DNA of 64,000 nucleotides from Eledone cirrhosa. Lineage: Eukaryota. The number at the start of each line of letters is the position of its first letter. The stretch's first letter is position 1. A program made the position numbers and the translations under genes. The stretch spans positions 41,106,001 to 41,170,000 of the forward strand of contig OZ024749.1 in the NCBI GenBank assembly GCA_964016885.1, in the 5' to 3' direction. Below the pieces are notes generated by a model, which saw only the letters and a list, made by a program, of their open reading frames with translations, was not told the origin of the DNA and searched no databases. Of this stretch, positions 1 through 12,944 are shown in pieces.

Positions 1-182
1 TACTTGGATAGTTGCCTGGTTAGATGGTTAATTCTTCTGTCTATGTATGTGTGTGTTGGTATCTGTGTTGGTGGCTCTGTATGTGTGTGTGTATTGGTAT
101 CTGTGTTGGTGGCTGTGTGTGTGTATTGGTATGTGTTGGTGGTTGTGTGTGTATTGGTATCTGTGTTGGTGAGTGTGTTTGT

Positions 183-230
<48 letters not shown>

Positions 231-243
231 ATGTATGTATATA

Positions 244-436
244 CAAGGGTCAGCTGAAAAGTTCAAAGGCTGACCAAGATACTCTCATGGCCAAATGAGG
301 TTTATTTTTCAACATAGTCCCTGGAAAGAAACAATGCAGGTATTAATCAGAAGAGTTGAAATTAATGCATACAAGATTTCACAGCACTAGCATCACTCCT
401 TCATAGTCAGCCTATGAACTTTTCAGACCAACCTTG
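244..436. mobile_element. Mariner-type MITE
   Basis: Imperfect TIRs caagggtcagctgaaaagttc / gaacttttcagaccaaccttg with TA flanks. Second copy at 39517-39714. Confidence 0.75.
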
Positions 437-1899
437 TATATACATACATATATATGTGTGTGTGTGTGAGTTGGTGCCACTCTGCCATGACAAAAAGCAC
501 CTCATCCACCATTTAACCCTTTAGCATTTACATTACTCTATACATACTATTGTATTTTCATGGTAAAGGCTTTACCTTACATAATTATCTCACATAATAT
601 CGAATCTATGAGATTTTGATGTTATTTATTTTGAGAACAATACCTTATCATCAGTATGGGTGGCCAGTTGCAGCTGGTTTGAATAGAAAGAGGTATAGAG
701 TAATGTCAATGGTTAAGGTTTAGAAATGTTCTTCTGTGAGGTCTGATCTTTAGATGGCTACCTAGTTGACTTTACTGATATCCCCAACCCTTCCTGTAAG
801 TATTCCTACACACCTTTATTCTGAATCAGGCTATGTTAGTGCTATTGCTACTTAAACGAAGGACATTCAACAATGATGAATCTGCTTTCTATTGCACTTC
901 AGTCCTACTTCACATTGTCTGTTGATAGATAACAATAAGACTTAACCTTTCACCTGTCTGAAGGACCCCAAAACAGCTAGACAGTGCAATACAAGAGCAG
1001 ACAATGTAGTACAAAATATGGGGTGAAGAGTTCTTATCACGTGGAGGAGTGATAAGATAAAGGGTTTGGAAGATGTTAATATTTAAGAAGAGAGAATGTG
1101 ATAAGTATAAAGGATGGTTTAATGAACCATAGAAATGTCAGGTTGAACGCATATCTGTATTCTATTAATTGCTTTCTGTAACAAATACGGAATGGCTGGC
1201 TGTTATAGTGTTGGTGTTGTCTATAGTGATGTCTGAAGGCTGTACCAGTCATATACTGAGGTCTGGGAGTTGCTATAATAAAGGGAGCAATATGTCAATA
1301 TTTGAGGTGTGATGCCAATAGTTAACGTCTGAATGTTATCCCAGTTATAATGATAATACGGAAAATGATTGTGTACAGTGCTCAGGTGCACTACAACTCA
1401 TCAAATGTGCATGTATAGTACATAGAATAATGTACAAATGTCAGAAAAGTGGGAGTTGCTATATGTCCCTCCATACTTGACATGCAATATCAACAGTTAA
1501 TGTTTGAAGGCTGTACCAGTTATGTATTGGTGTCTACCATAATAAAGACTGCAATATGTCCCTACTTGATGTACAATATCAATAGCTAATGTCTGAAGGC
1601 TGTACCAGTTATGTACCAGTGTTTTCATATAATAAAGACTGCTATGTCAATAGCTAATATCTGAAGGCTACATCTTAAGTGTGATATTGCTGTAATATTT
1701 CCTTGTTTTGCCTCTTCCATTCTATAACACTTGACGTTCTTCTGTCTGGCACCTCACACATATATACACACATCTACACACACACGTGTGTCTGTGTAGT
1801 CAGGGATATACTACTACACTGGCATTTCTACCATTGCTGCTGCTATTTTTGATGTTGCTGTTGGTATTACTGTTACTGTTGCAGCATTTCTGCTGCTAC

Positions 1900-2232
1900 T
1901 GGTGTTGCTGTTGGTAGTAGTTGTTGTGGTGATGATGATGGTGGTGGTAGTAGAGGTGATGTTGGTAGTGGTGGCGGTGGTGTTGTTCTTAGCTGTGGTG
2001 ATGATGGTGCTGGTGTTGTTGTTGTGGTGGTGGTGGTAGAGGAGGTGGTGTTGGTGGTGGTGGTGGTAGAGGAGGTGGTGTTGGTGGTGGTGGTGGTAGA
2101 GGAGGTGGTGTTGGTAGTGGTGGTAGAGGAGATGGTGTTGGTAGTGGTGGTAGAGGAGATGGTGTTGGTAGTGGTGGTGGTGGTAGAGGAGATGGTGTTG
2201 GTAGTGGTGGTGGTAGTGATGATGGTGGTGCT
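1900..2232. repeat. (GGT)n-derived low-complexity minisatellite
   Basis: gtggtggtagaggaggtggtgttg units, which give rise to the Thr/Val-rich spurious ORFs. Confidence 0.9.
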
Positions 2233-2819
2233 GTTTACAGTGATGATTTGTGTTGTCTGTGTGACATACTCAGACAACTAAACACACGTACTCATATATC
2301 ACTCATGCATGCATGTGTGCGTGGCTGTTTATGTGCATATGAGAGATGCACAACACACACACACACACATATATATATCATCATTTGTGTGTTTTATGTA
2401 TATATATAAATATATATGTGTGTATGTGTCTGTGCATATTTAATGAGGTTTGACTTTAGTACATGTTTACAAAATTAGAGGGAAGAATATATTCAAGTCA
2501 ATAGGTACCATAGACACCAGTCTATGACTGGTACTTATTTATTCAGCCTTGAAAACACAAAAATCATAAATTAGCTTTGAACTTAGAACCTAAATAGACA
2601 AAATTAAACACTGCAAGGTATTTTCTCCTCCAATCTACTTCTCTATAACACTTTAAATACTTTGAATAATTAATCTTATCAATTGACAGAGTTTGTTTAT
2701 CTTGGCCTTCTTGTTACTTTACTAATTAAACGTTTCATATTTCTGGAGTTGCACTTGGTATCAGAGGAAGTCACTTGTGGAACAAGTGTTAAGTTAAACA
2801 TTTACAGTGGCATCTCTCA

Positions 2820-3255
2820 TCTTGTGCTACTATAAAATGTACTGAACAACAGTGACCTTTGACCTCTTCGTGTTACTGTAAAATGTACTGAACAACTGTG
2901 ACTTCTGTTTTCTTGGTGCTACTATAATATGTACTGAGCAACAGTGACTTCTGACCTCTTGGTATTACTATAAAATGTACTGAACAACTGTGACTTCTGT
3001 TTTCTTGGTGCTACTATAATATGTACTGAGCAACAGTGACTTCTGACCTCTTGGTATTACTATAAAATGTACTGAACAACAGTGACCTCTCTCTTGATGG
3101 TGCTACTATAAAATGTACTGAACAACAGTGACCTCTCTCTTGATGGTGCTACTATAAAATGTACTGAGCAACTCACTGCTGACCTCTTGGTGCTACTATA
3201 AAATGTACTCAGCAACAGGAACCTCTCTCATGATGGTGCCACTATAAAATGCACA
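2820..3255. repeat. About 47-bp minisatellite
   Basis: Unit ggtgctactataaaatgtactgaacaacagtgac..., about 9 copies, fading to about 3540. Confidence 0.9.
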
Positions 3256-4314
3256 TAGTACATTGTGTAAGGAGGTTGGTGTTCCACTGGTCAAAACCTT
3301 TCTAGTGCCTGTACCATAAGAAAATGTAACCCAGTACACTATTAGTGTTAGTGCCATAAGAAAATGTACACTAGTACCCCAATGGTGCTGGTACCATAGC
3401 AAAATGTACCAGTATGCCATATGTGCAAGTACCATAAGAAAATGTACTCAGTACACCTATAGTGTTATAAGAAAATGTACCCCTAGTGCACCACAAGTGC
3501 TGGTACCATGATGAAATGTACCCAGTACACTGTGTAAAGTTATTGGTGATTGAATAGTAACAAGATAGGATAGAAAGGTTTGTTTAGTTGCATCAAGGAC
3601 ATGATAATCTTCCTAGTGCACCCAGCCATAGAAACCATGTCAAATATGGAACATATGCGCAAGATATGGTCTCTCCAATCTGTCAATGTCAGACAGTACC
3701 AACCTGTCAACCTCATGCTGTCTTGAAAAGCAGGTGTAAAACGAAGATGATGGTGATGTACCTACAGTAGTACTATTGTTATGAGTATTTTTGTAACTGA
3801 AACACCAGAAAGCAGGTAGAACAATAAACAGCTAGTGTAATAATATATGTATAGTCACAGTCTCACAATATAACTGATCTACTTCCTTAATGGCCTAAAT
3901 ACCAAATTAAATCTTGCAATATATATATATTGTTATACTTTGGGAGTGTCATGCTGCCAATAAAAACACACGCTCTTGTTGGTTTTCACTTCAATTTATT
4001 ATAAATTTCCAGTTAGTTGGTTTATTCAATACCTGGATGGTTGTTTATATATTGTCAAAATTCATTCGTCACAAGTTTTCAGATAAGAAATCTTGCAAAA
4101 CAAATTCAAAAACGAAGTATATATATATATAAAATGAGAAAACACTCCAATTACGGGAGTATAAACAAGATGGAGTTTTTCCTCATTTGATTTTAATAAA
4201 TAATATTGCTTCTCTGAGGGATTTCTTTCATTGGGATGTTTGGATATTAGTGACTAATTAACCATTAATTTATATATATATATATATATATATATTAGTT
4301 GTAGCCACAGTAGA

Positions 4315-4371
<57 letters not shown>

Positions 4372-4933
4372 TATAACTTCATACATACATGCACACACAC
4401 ACAGATTGTTGCCACAAAGACAAACTGCAGCAATGAAAGTCATCATATTATAATACAAATTCAACCACAAACAACACCATTACAATCTGAGTAGAATAAT
4501 ATACTGAAATGACACACAAGCCCTGTCTAATAGTGACACAATTGTTTTGTGTTGTCTTTACAGTACTTTTGTTTATCTTGGTTATTATTTCTGCACCTAT
4601 TTATCTCCCCTTGTTTGTGTCTGGGTGTCACGGGTCTTGTAAACATGACAGGTTGTATGTAATTGCTGGGGCAGTTGTTTTTACAGCTGGATGTCATTCC
4701 TGTTTCTAAATCACCCAATCAGAGCCAGTGGTTAGGTATTTAGCACCCTAGGTTAGCTCTATGATCAGTTGAGTAAATATAAAATACCATATAAAAACCC
4801 ATGTAAGTATGGGTTGGTATCAGGAACAGCACCCATTCATAGAAATATTTTGATTAACCTGATTGCAGGATCTCAAGTGTGCTATAAAGCCATGTCGGTT
4901 GTGTCGAGTGATAAGAGTGTATGTGTTAAAGCA

Positions 4934-5225
4934 TATGGCTTACTGGTTAGAGCGTCGGACTTACAATCATGAGGTTGTGAATTCGATTCTCAGACTAAGT
5001 TTGTGTTGTGTTCTTGAGCAAAACACTTTATTTCACGTTGCTCCAGTTCACTCAGCTGTATCAGCCCTTGCCCTTCCCTTGCACAACATCAGTGATGTGG
5101 AAAGGGGAGACTGGTATGCATGGGTGACTGTTGGTCTTCCACAAACAACCTTGCCCGGACTTGTGCCATGGAGGGGAACTTTCTAGGTGCAAATCCCATG
5201 GCCATTCGTGACCGAAGGGTCTCTT
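4934..5225 (+). mobile_element. tRNA-derived SINE family B
   Basis: Head tggcttactggttagagc...gaattcgattctc, then cttgagcaaaacactttatttcac. Homologous copies at about 19621-19910 (+) and 40765-41095 (+). Confidence 0.8.
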
Positions 5226-5452
5226 TACCATGTGTGTGTGTGTGTGATGTCTGAACAAGTATCTTCCATCTCCAACTACTTTACCCTCCATCTCCTGGTC
5301 CTGGCCAATTTTGAAATTAGGCGGACCATTCAAAAAGCTAAACAGTTTGCTCATGACTGCTTTTGACATTTCTCGCTCAGTAAATTTGGCTGGGATTTTT
5401 ACAGCTGGATGCCCTTCCTGACACCAACCACATTTACACTGTGGAACTGGAT

Positions 5453-5526
<74 letters not shown>

Positions 5527-6573
5527 TGGCAGAGATGATGAAAGTTGATCTAGAGAAGCTGAACCTCATAATGGAGTAGAAGAGAGGACAATGGAAAGAA
5601 ATAAGTGGGGAGATGTTGTAAAGGAAAGCGTACTTGTCTAACCCATGCTAGCATGGAAAAAAACAAAACAGATGTATAAACATGGAGGGTGAGAGGTGTA
5701 GGAGTAAGAGAGGATGGTGATGATGATGGTGGTAGTGGTGGTGATCAAGTTTGCTGGATCAAACTTGAGCTGGGTGCGAAACAACAACAACAATACTGGC
5801 TTTCAAAGATCAGGCCTGTCAGTTAGTGTTGTTCGTTCTTTGATATGAATTGATCTTTTATTGGCTGTCTGTTGTTGTTCAATTGATTGATTTTTTGTTT
5901 GATGTTGTTCTGTTTGTACCATCGTTATATAAAACATTATTTATTCATTTGATCTATAAGAACAATAACAACAACAATAACAACAGCAGCAGCAATAACA
6001 TCATCAACAAGAATAATAACATCATCAGCAATAACAGTAACAGCAACATCAACATCATCATCAATAACAAAAATGACATCAACAACAATATTAACAACAA
6101 TAACAGTAGTAATAGAAAATAAATATAACAAGTAATAACAACAATAACAGCAGCAATAACAACAAGGATATCATCAGCATCATCAACAACAATAACAGTA
6201 AACCACAGAAGCTTCTTTAACTGCTAAGTGTCACACAATCTCTCCTCAATCTCTCACTCTCTCTTTCACACACACACACCCATACACACATACATTATTT
6301 CATGGATAATCTCCCACCACCCTAATTAAATATTTCAAAGAAACAAAATTGTTTTTTTTTTAGAGAGAGAATTTATTCCATATAAATAAATATATATATA
6401 TAATCAATTTGGTGGGGAATCTAAAATACTTTTTGCAGAAATGCTTATCTAATGACTGCCAATCCAATGGTGTGAGTTGATACAATAAGTACCAGCAGGG
6501 TTAGCACTACCATTAAAGAACCTTAATGTATCACAGTTTTATCATTATTAGTATAATTGAATTAAATATATAA

Positions 6574-6920
6574 TATATAGAATTTGAAGTTTGAAAGTCA
6601 TGACAATGCAAAATGGACGAACAAAGAAATTAGACAAAAGAAGATAAAGCAAGTTTTACCTTAATTTATGTCCTAATATTTTGAGATCAAAATCTCTTCT
6701 TCTGAGGGAAATATAAGGGACTAATCTATTTCCCTCAGAAGAAGAGATTTTGATCTCGAAATATCAGCTTGTATAAATAAATTAAGGTAAAACATAGCAT
6801 CTCTTTTCGTCTAATTTCTTTGTTCGTCCATTTTGTATTGTTGTGGCTTTCAAACTTCAAATTCTATATACCATACACAATGCTTCAAGTAAACTACAAA
6901 TTCCTCCTTTAAATATATAA
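6574..6920. mobile_element. Fold-back element with about 140-bp inverted arms and a hammerhead-like motif
   Basis: 6574-6714 is approximately the reverse complement of 6726-6870. The right arm has CCT-CAGAAGA-A-GAGAT tttg ATCTC-GAAA-TATC-AG, followed by a 50-bp tail ending in TATA. Confidence 0.6.
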
Positions 6921-8291
6921 TAGTTTCCTGCAATATAATGTTGCTTATTATGGCATGTAATTAAAATGAATATGACTTTAATGAAATATAGTTAAGAAGA
7001 AATAGCCCCAGTGAACTCTGAACAAACAGGCTTACAACTAAAGTCATTCTAGCTGTGACTATCCCTACATTTATTCAGACAAAGCCATGGTGTGTGCTAC
7101 CATTAACGCCAACTTCACAACCACCTAGGCACAGACGTCAGAGAGGTGCCTTACTGAAGCATAAAGGATCGCAGTTTTATATAGAGCCAGTTTTACAATT
7201 AAGGTCAGCTAGGCAGCCAACTAGGGCACAGACCTCAGAGAGGTTCCTTACTGAATGTTAAAGGATCAGTTTTATACAGGGCCAGTGCTACAATTAAGGC
7301 TACCTAGACAGTCATCTAGGGCTCAAACCTCAGAGTGGTGTGCTACTGAACCTTAAATAATCACAATTTTATACATATTTGTATAATTAAGTAAAATATA
7401 TATTAATTTGTTGCGATCAATAAATAAATCAATAAACATCTTTGCCGTGATCAATTAATTAATTGCTTAATACCTTCGCCACATAGTTGTGTTGTGGAAA
7501 TATCGAAAATGGTGGAGAGAGTCATATGGTGCTATAATAATGATAATGAAAATTATTGTGTACAGTGCTCAGGTGCACTACAATTCATCAAAGGTGCATG
7601 TGTAGTACATAGAATAATGTACAAATGTCAGGAAAATGAACAGTGTATGAGTCATGGTATACACTCAGATACATGCGTGCATGTGTATGGATGGGGAACG
7701 TCAAATACTGTAACTCGATTTTACATGGGTGAGTGTGGGCTGTATTGTGGAAAATACAGGCTTAGTAATTTTCTTGGTATGGTTAGAGAGAGAAGAGTGA
7801 AAAACTAGGCTCAGGGAGTTTGTCAAACCATAAGTTGAAATTACTTCATTTGGGAGAATGGTGTGCATAACTAGGAGAGAGGGTTGCTGCATATTGTAAG
7901 GCACAAGATACCCGGGCGCTGGCCCTTAGTCCCAGTGAAATACCAAATTTGATTTGATCAGCTGTAACTCTTCGTCAAACAACCTCCCACCCCACCACCT
8001 TTCTAAAGTATGGCCTCTTCTCTGTTAGAAAATATTGTTACAGTGATACTATACTAGTGTGAAGTGTCATTGAGAAATTTGAGATAATCTTGTTCTGAAA
8101 ATGTGAATGAAATTTCACACCCAGCTTGGTCCTGAATATAACCTGAGTAGCTTGTGTAATGAAAGCAATACAGTATGTGTGTACATGTGTGTGTGTATGT
8201 GAGTGTATAGTACATATGTGCATGTCACCTTTTGTTAATTGTTAGTACATTCTGTATGCTAAATGTACATGTATATGCCAAGCACTCTTTG

Positions 8292-8340
<49 letters not shown>

Positions 8341-8342
<2 letters not shown>

Positions 8343-8428
8343 GGGTGTCCCCAGAAAATGTATACACACATCTAATAAATATGGCCTGTACAGGTAATCA
8401 AAGAATGTATATATTTTGGGGGGATACA

Positions 8429-8431
<3 letters not shown>
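8341..8431. mobile_element. Tiny Tc1/mariner-type MITE
   Basis: TIR cagggtgtccccagaaaatgtatac...tgtatatattttggggggatacactg inside (TA)n. Relative at 37829-37907. Confidence 0.65.
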
Positions 8432-8462
<31 letters not shown>

Positions 8463-8585
8463 GGGGAGTAATATTGTAGAACATTATAACTATGCATATA
8501 TCAGATAAGTAGCACTCAACAGTTGGTAGAACTGGAGTATATATAATAAAGATGAAATAAAAGATGGTTATAAGCGTTCCATATA

Positions 8586-8651
8586 TTTTATTATACGTAT
8601 TTCGAATACAAAATCATCCTAGGACAGAAATTGTGTTCTCTTCAGATAAAA
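8586..8651 (-). ncRNA. Minimal type I hammerhead ribozyme motif, complete core
   Basis: Minus strand reads TTTTAT-CTGAAGA-GAACACAA(19 nt)TTGTATTC-GAAA-T ACGT A-TA-ATAAAA: 6-bp stem I, CUGANGA and GAAA boxes, stem II, palindromic mini stem III, AUA cleavage triplet. Confidence 0.8.
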
Positions 8652-10366
8652 TAAGGTACAATGATACGAGGCATAATAGCACCTGGATGTAAAACATTGC
8701 CTCCAAAGTCTCATCGAACCCATGCCAGTATTTGACTGGTATTTTATTTATCGACTTCGAAAAGATGAAAGGCAAAGTTAAAGTTGACCTTAACGGGATT
8801 TAAACTCACAGCATAGAGAACCGTAACAAATACCACACAGTATTCTATCCGACATTCTAACAATGATTCTACCAATTTGCAGTCGTAGTAATCGATATTA
8901 CAGTTGTTTACAACCACAAGTATTATTAAGTCACTGCTAATATTATTGTTGTGGTTACATTAAATTGAGAATATTACCTTTTCTTTGTACATACAAGCAG
9001 AGCTGTAATACCACATAGCCAGACCTCAGAGGCATTCAGGTATTTCGTCCCCTCCCTGACACTTCAATCTACCACCCCTCTACAGCTGACAATCTGACCC
9101 CTTAATACAGTATATTTAATTAACAACAAACTATTACTTGAGTCCGTATTCAAAAATATTTATTCGACAAATTTCAATTCGGTTATATGATGTTTGCAAT
9201 AACAAACAGAAAAAGAAGTAGGGAAAAATTAAATAACAAAAGTGAGGAAAAGGTTTAGGGGAAGGGAAGGGAGAGAGACAATGTTTAAATTATTTTCAAA
9301 ACAAATGGACATTGTAGGGATCCTGGCCCCTGTGTGCCCCCACTAGCCAGCCTTATGAATACTGATATTGCCCTGTATTTTCCAGTCTACTTAAAGACGA
9401 AAGAACGCCCCCGTCTTCACGTGTTTATGTTAGTGATCGATACTAGCAGTTATCTATTATCTCCCCACCTATTAATAAAGTCACTATTTGTTATTATATT
9501 ATTGCTGCGGTTACAACTATAATCCAGCTGTACTGGTTATATTGCCTCCTACCATGACCAACACACTTAACGTTACGTTCCATTCATCCATTCATAACCA
9601 ATATAACAGAGTTCGTTATTGTTCTTCGGGAAAAGTCGATCAATCAGCTTTTTTTTTTATATTTATGTTCTCGCGCGGAAGTGCGCGTGTGTGTATATCT
9701 ACGGAGTTACACACACACACACACACACACATGTTTGTGTGTGTGTCTTTACCTGTATATACTTAGTATGTGTGTGTGTTTTTATCTGTATATACTTAGT
9801 TATGTGCGTGTTTGTTTATGTTTTTTTTTTTATCCATGTATGAATGTTTATGCAATTTGTAGTTGTGCCCGCGCGAATGTGTGTTTATGCAGTAAACAGG
9901 AGTGCGTGTATGTATTTATGTGATGTCTAGTTGTGTGTGTGTGTGTGAGAGAGAGTGTGTTTATGCAGTGCATAGGTGTATGTATGTGTATGTGTGTGTG
10001 TTTATGCAGCAATCTATCGACCGTGCAATATTTTACACAAAGCTGGCGTCTGATCGCTTTTAGCTTCGAGGTGTGTTTCTGTGTGTATGTGAATCAGGGG
10101 CTGACAGGCAGATAGAAATCATATGGAACAAAGAGAAAGAAAGAGAGGGTGGGTGTGTATGAAAGTGAGAAGGCAATATGTAACAAAGACGCAAACATAC
10201 GTTATATACGTTGTGTGTATGAAATAGCGCGAAATAAACGACAAATAGATAGATAGAAAGAGACAGATGTTGAGACAGAAATGGATAGGTATGTTTGTTG
10301 TGAGTAGGTGTGTGTGAAAGAAAGGCACTCGTAGGCAAGAATGTGTACATATGTGTATGTTGGTAT

Positions 10367-10416
<50 letters not shown>

Positions 10417-10418
10417 AC

Positions 10419-10461
<43 letters not shown>

Positions 10462-10462
10462 G

Positions 10463-10625
10463 GAAGTCAATTTGTGTCCGAATACGACCATTTCTTAGTA
10501 AACAAACAAGTTATATATCATTAGACAACATCAATAACATGTTTTTGCCAATGTCTTTTTGTTTCGTTTCATTTTTTTTTTTTTTTTTGCTAAGAAATGG
10601 TCATACTCGGACACGAATTAACTTC
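10463..10625. mobile_element. MITE-like inverted repeat element
   Basis: About 40-bp imperfect IR gaagtcaatttgtgtccgaatacgaccatttcttag / ctaagaaatggtcatactcggacacgaattaacttc, beside TA tracts. Confidence 0.55.
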
Positions 10626-12944
10626 TACATTTTTTTAGGACACCATATATATATATATATACACACACACTACGTTTTTGAATTTTAATGGTATATATAT
10701 AACGAATGGGAGATTAAAATGTAAAAATCCTTTATTTATGTGTGTGCCTAAATATATATGTAAAAAGATATATATATATAGAGAGGGTTGTATGAGTTGA
10801 AGCAGAGAGAGAGGTGGGGGACAAGATACAAACGTGGCAACTGCTGTCGCCCATTGGTTAAGCTAGACTGCACCTACTTTTAATGTTATTTACTACTACT
10901 TTTACCGCCGTCATCTCCACCACACCTACACCACCACTTCTACTAATTCCGTTACCCTCGTTTTTACGAACAAACCATGTAGTGTGGTGGTTGTTGCTGT
11001 CTTCCACACAAACAAGACAGAAGACGTTAAGTGTGTTATCATATAACATCACCATCTCCAACTAATAGGTAGCTAAGGCTCTCAATATTCAGAAGGCTGA
11101 CTAATCTGATGTCTTAGGGGTCAGTCAGCCGTAGTGGGTTGAAAGATTGACGTGTCAGAGAGGCCCCGAAATACCTGAAAACCATGTGTTAAACACGGTC
11201 CAACCCACGTCTGTTTATTGTAATAAACGCTGCCATTTCGCACTAATAAAGCATCTCCGAGTCTGTTTATTGTAATAAACATCACCATCTCGCACTAATA
11301 AAGAATCCACGAGTCTCTTTATTATGATAAACACCTCCATCTCGCACTAATAAAGGTCCCCGAATTCCCCCCCCCCCCCTCTCTCTCTATTTATTTCGTC
11401 TGTTGTTTTGTATGTTTGTCGGTTATTTTATATTTTTAGTCTGTCGCCTGTCTTCATTCATTTATTACACATACACATACAAAAATACACTGAACATAAA
11501 CAAAAACACACACAACTCGCTGTCATGCACGCACACTCATACACTATACACTATATACACATATCCAGTCTCCCTTATTCCATCGCTCTCGTTTCAACTC
11601 TCTCTCGTCACAATATGTCTACACCTTCTGAATTGCAGTTATTGTTATATATTTTACTTCGTCGGAAAGCGAACCCCTCTCCCTTAACGCTGCTGCTGCT
11701 GCTGTTGTTGTTGATACTGTCGCCGTCTCTGTAATTACTACTGCTGCTGCACCTGCTGTTGCTGCTGCACATGACCGCTGCAGCAGATTGATGGCGGAAA
11801 AATTTGCTAAGCAAACAGAGGGACACTAATCTATCTATATATATATATATATATATCCATATATATATATATATATATATACGAAGACGGTAACAACAAC
11901 AGTAATGGTAGTAATACCAGTATTTTTATCATCATCATCATTGTCGTCAATATCGCAAATAAATTACACACCCACCACCACCACCACCACCACACACACT
12001 GAGGAACTGCAGCGATCGAAGAGGTACGCTCCACACATTGATTTGGGGGTAATGTTTTCAAATATCTCTTTAATTTATTATTTGTAATTCCCTGGTCTAG
12101 GTTGTGAGTTCGATCTTTGGTTACTCCACCACACTTTTATAGTGTTTTTTCTACTGGTTTAGGATTCAGAGAGTAAATAAGCGCAGTTTTTTTTTTTTTT
12201 TTAAGTTTTTTTTATTTTAGTAAAAGATTTCGTATGTGTTGATTGTTTAGTGTTGATGGTGATGTTGATGTTGGGATGACATAACCCCATCTGACTGTCT
12301 GTCTAGTCAATATACCAACACACTTCACACTATACTAGTCACACTCCCCCTCTCTCTGTCTCTCACTCACACACACACACACATATATATATACACACAC
12401 ACAATTCTCTGTGTATATATCTCTCTCTCTCTCTCTGAATATATTTAGATATATATATATATACATACATACCGGCAGTCTCTCTCAATCATTCACTTTG
12501 TCTTCTTCGATAGCTCTTGCTATTTTGTGAATTCTTCCAAGTAAAAAAAAAAAAAAAGAAAAGAAAAGCCAGCAAACCAGTTTGTTTATTGAGAACTGGG
12601 AAAATTATATACACACACACATACAGAGGAGAGAGGCATGGACCATAACACACACGTACATCAATAATAACACAACACACGTACACAATAACACATACAT
12701 ACACTCCCCACACACACGCACATAGGCAATAACGCACACACAAACACAGGCAAAAACAAGCGCACTCCAACACCCACCAAAACAGACACAATTACATAAA
12801 GTAATAGAATCGGTTAGTTGCTGCCATTAAGGGAGAAATTACAAAGACAGATGTTACCACAACAAACAGTTGACTTGCTAATCAGTTAGCAGGGTAAGTT
12901 GGGTCTTTTTTAATACTCACCCCCACTAACCAACATTTTTATAA

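Noticed and set aside
640-660. CTGATGA on the minus strand
   Set aside because: Lies in a TTAA-CCC MITE whose other copy (about 56835-57046) lacks the motif, and there are no stems.
1873-2281. Thr-rich mucin-like ORF (-) and Val/Glu-rich ORF (+)
   Set aside because: Translations of a GGT-derived repeat, with no supporting exon structure.
4509-4718. Short ORFs on both strands that could be an exon of a neighbouring gene
   Set aside because: No recognisable domain or consistent splice partners, and it overlaps a repeat module (ctggatgtcattcc).
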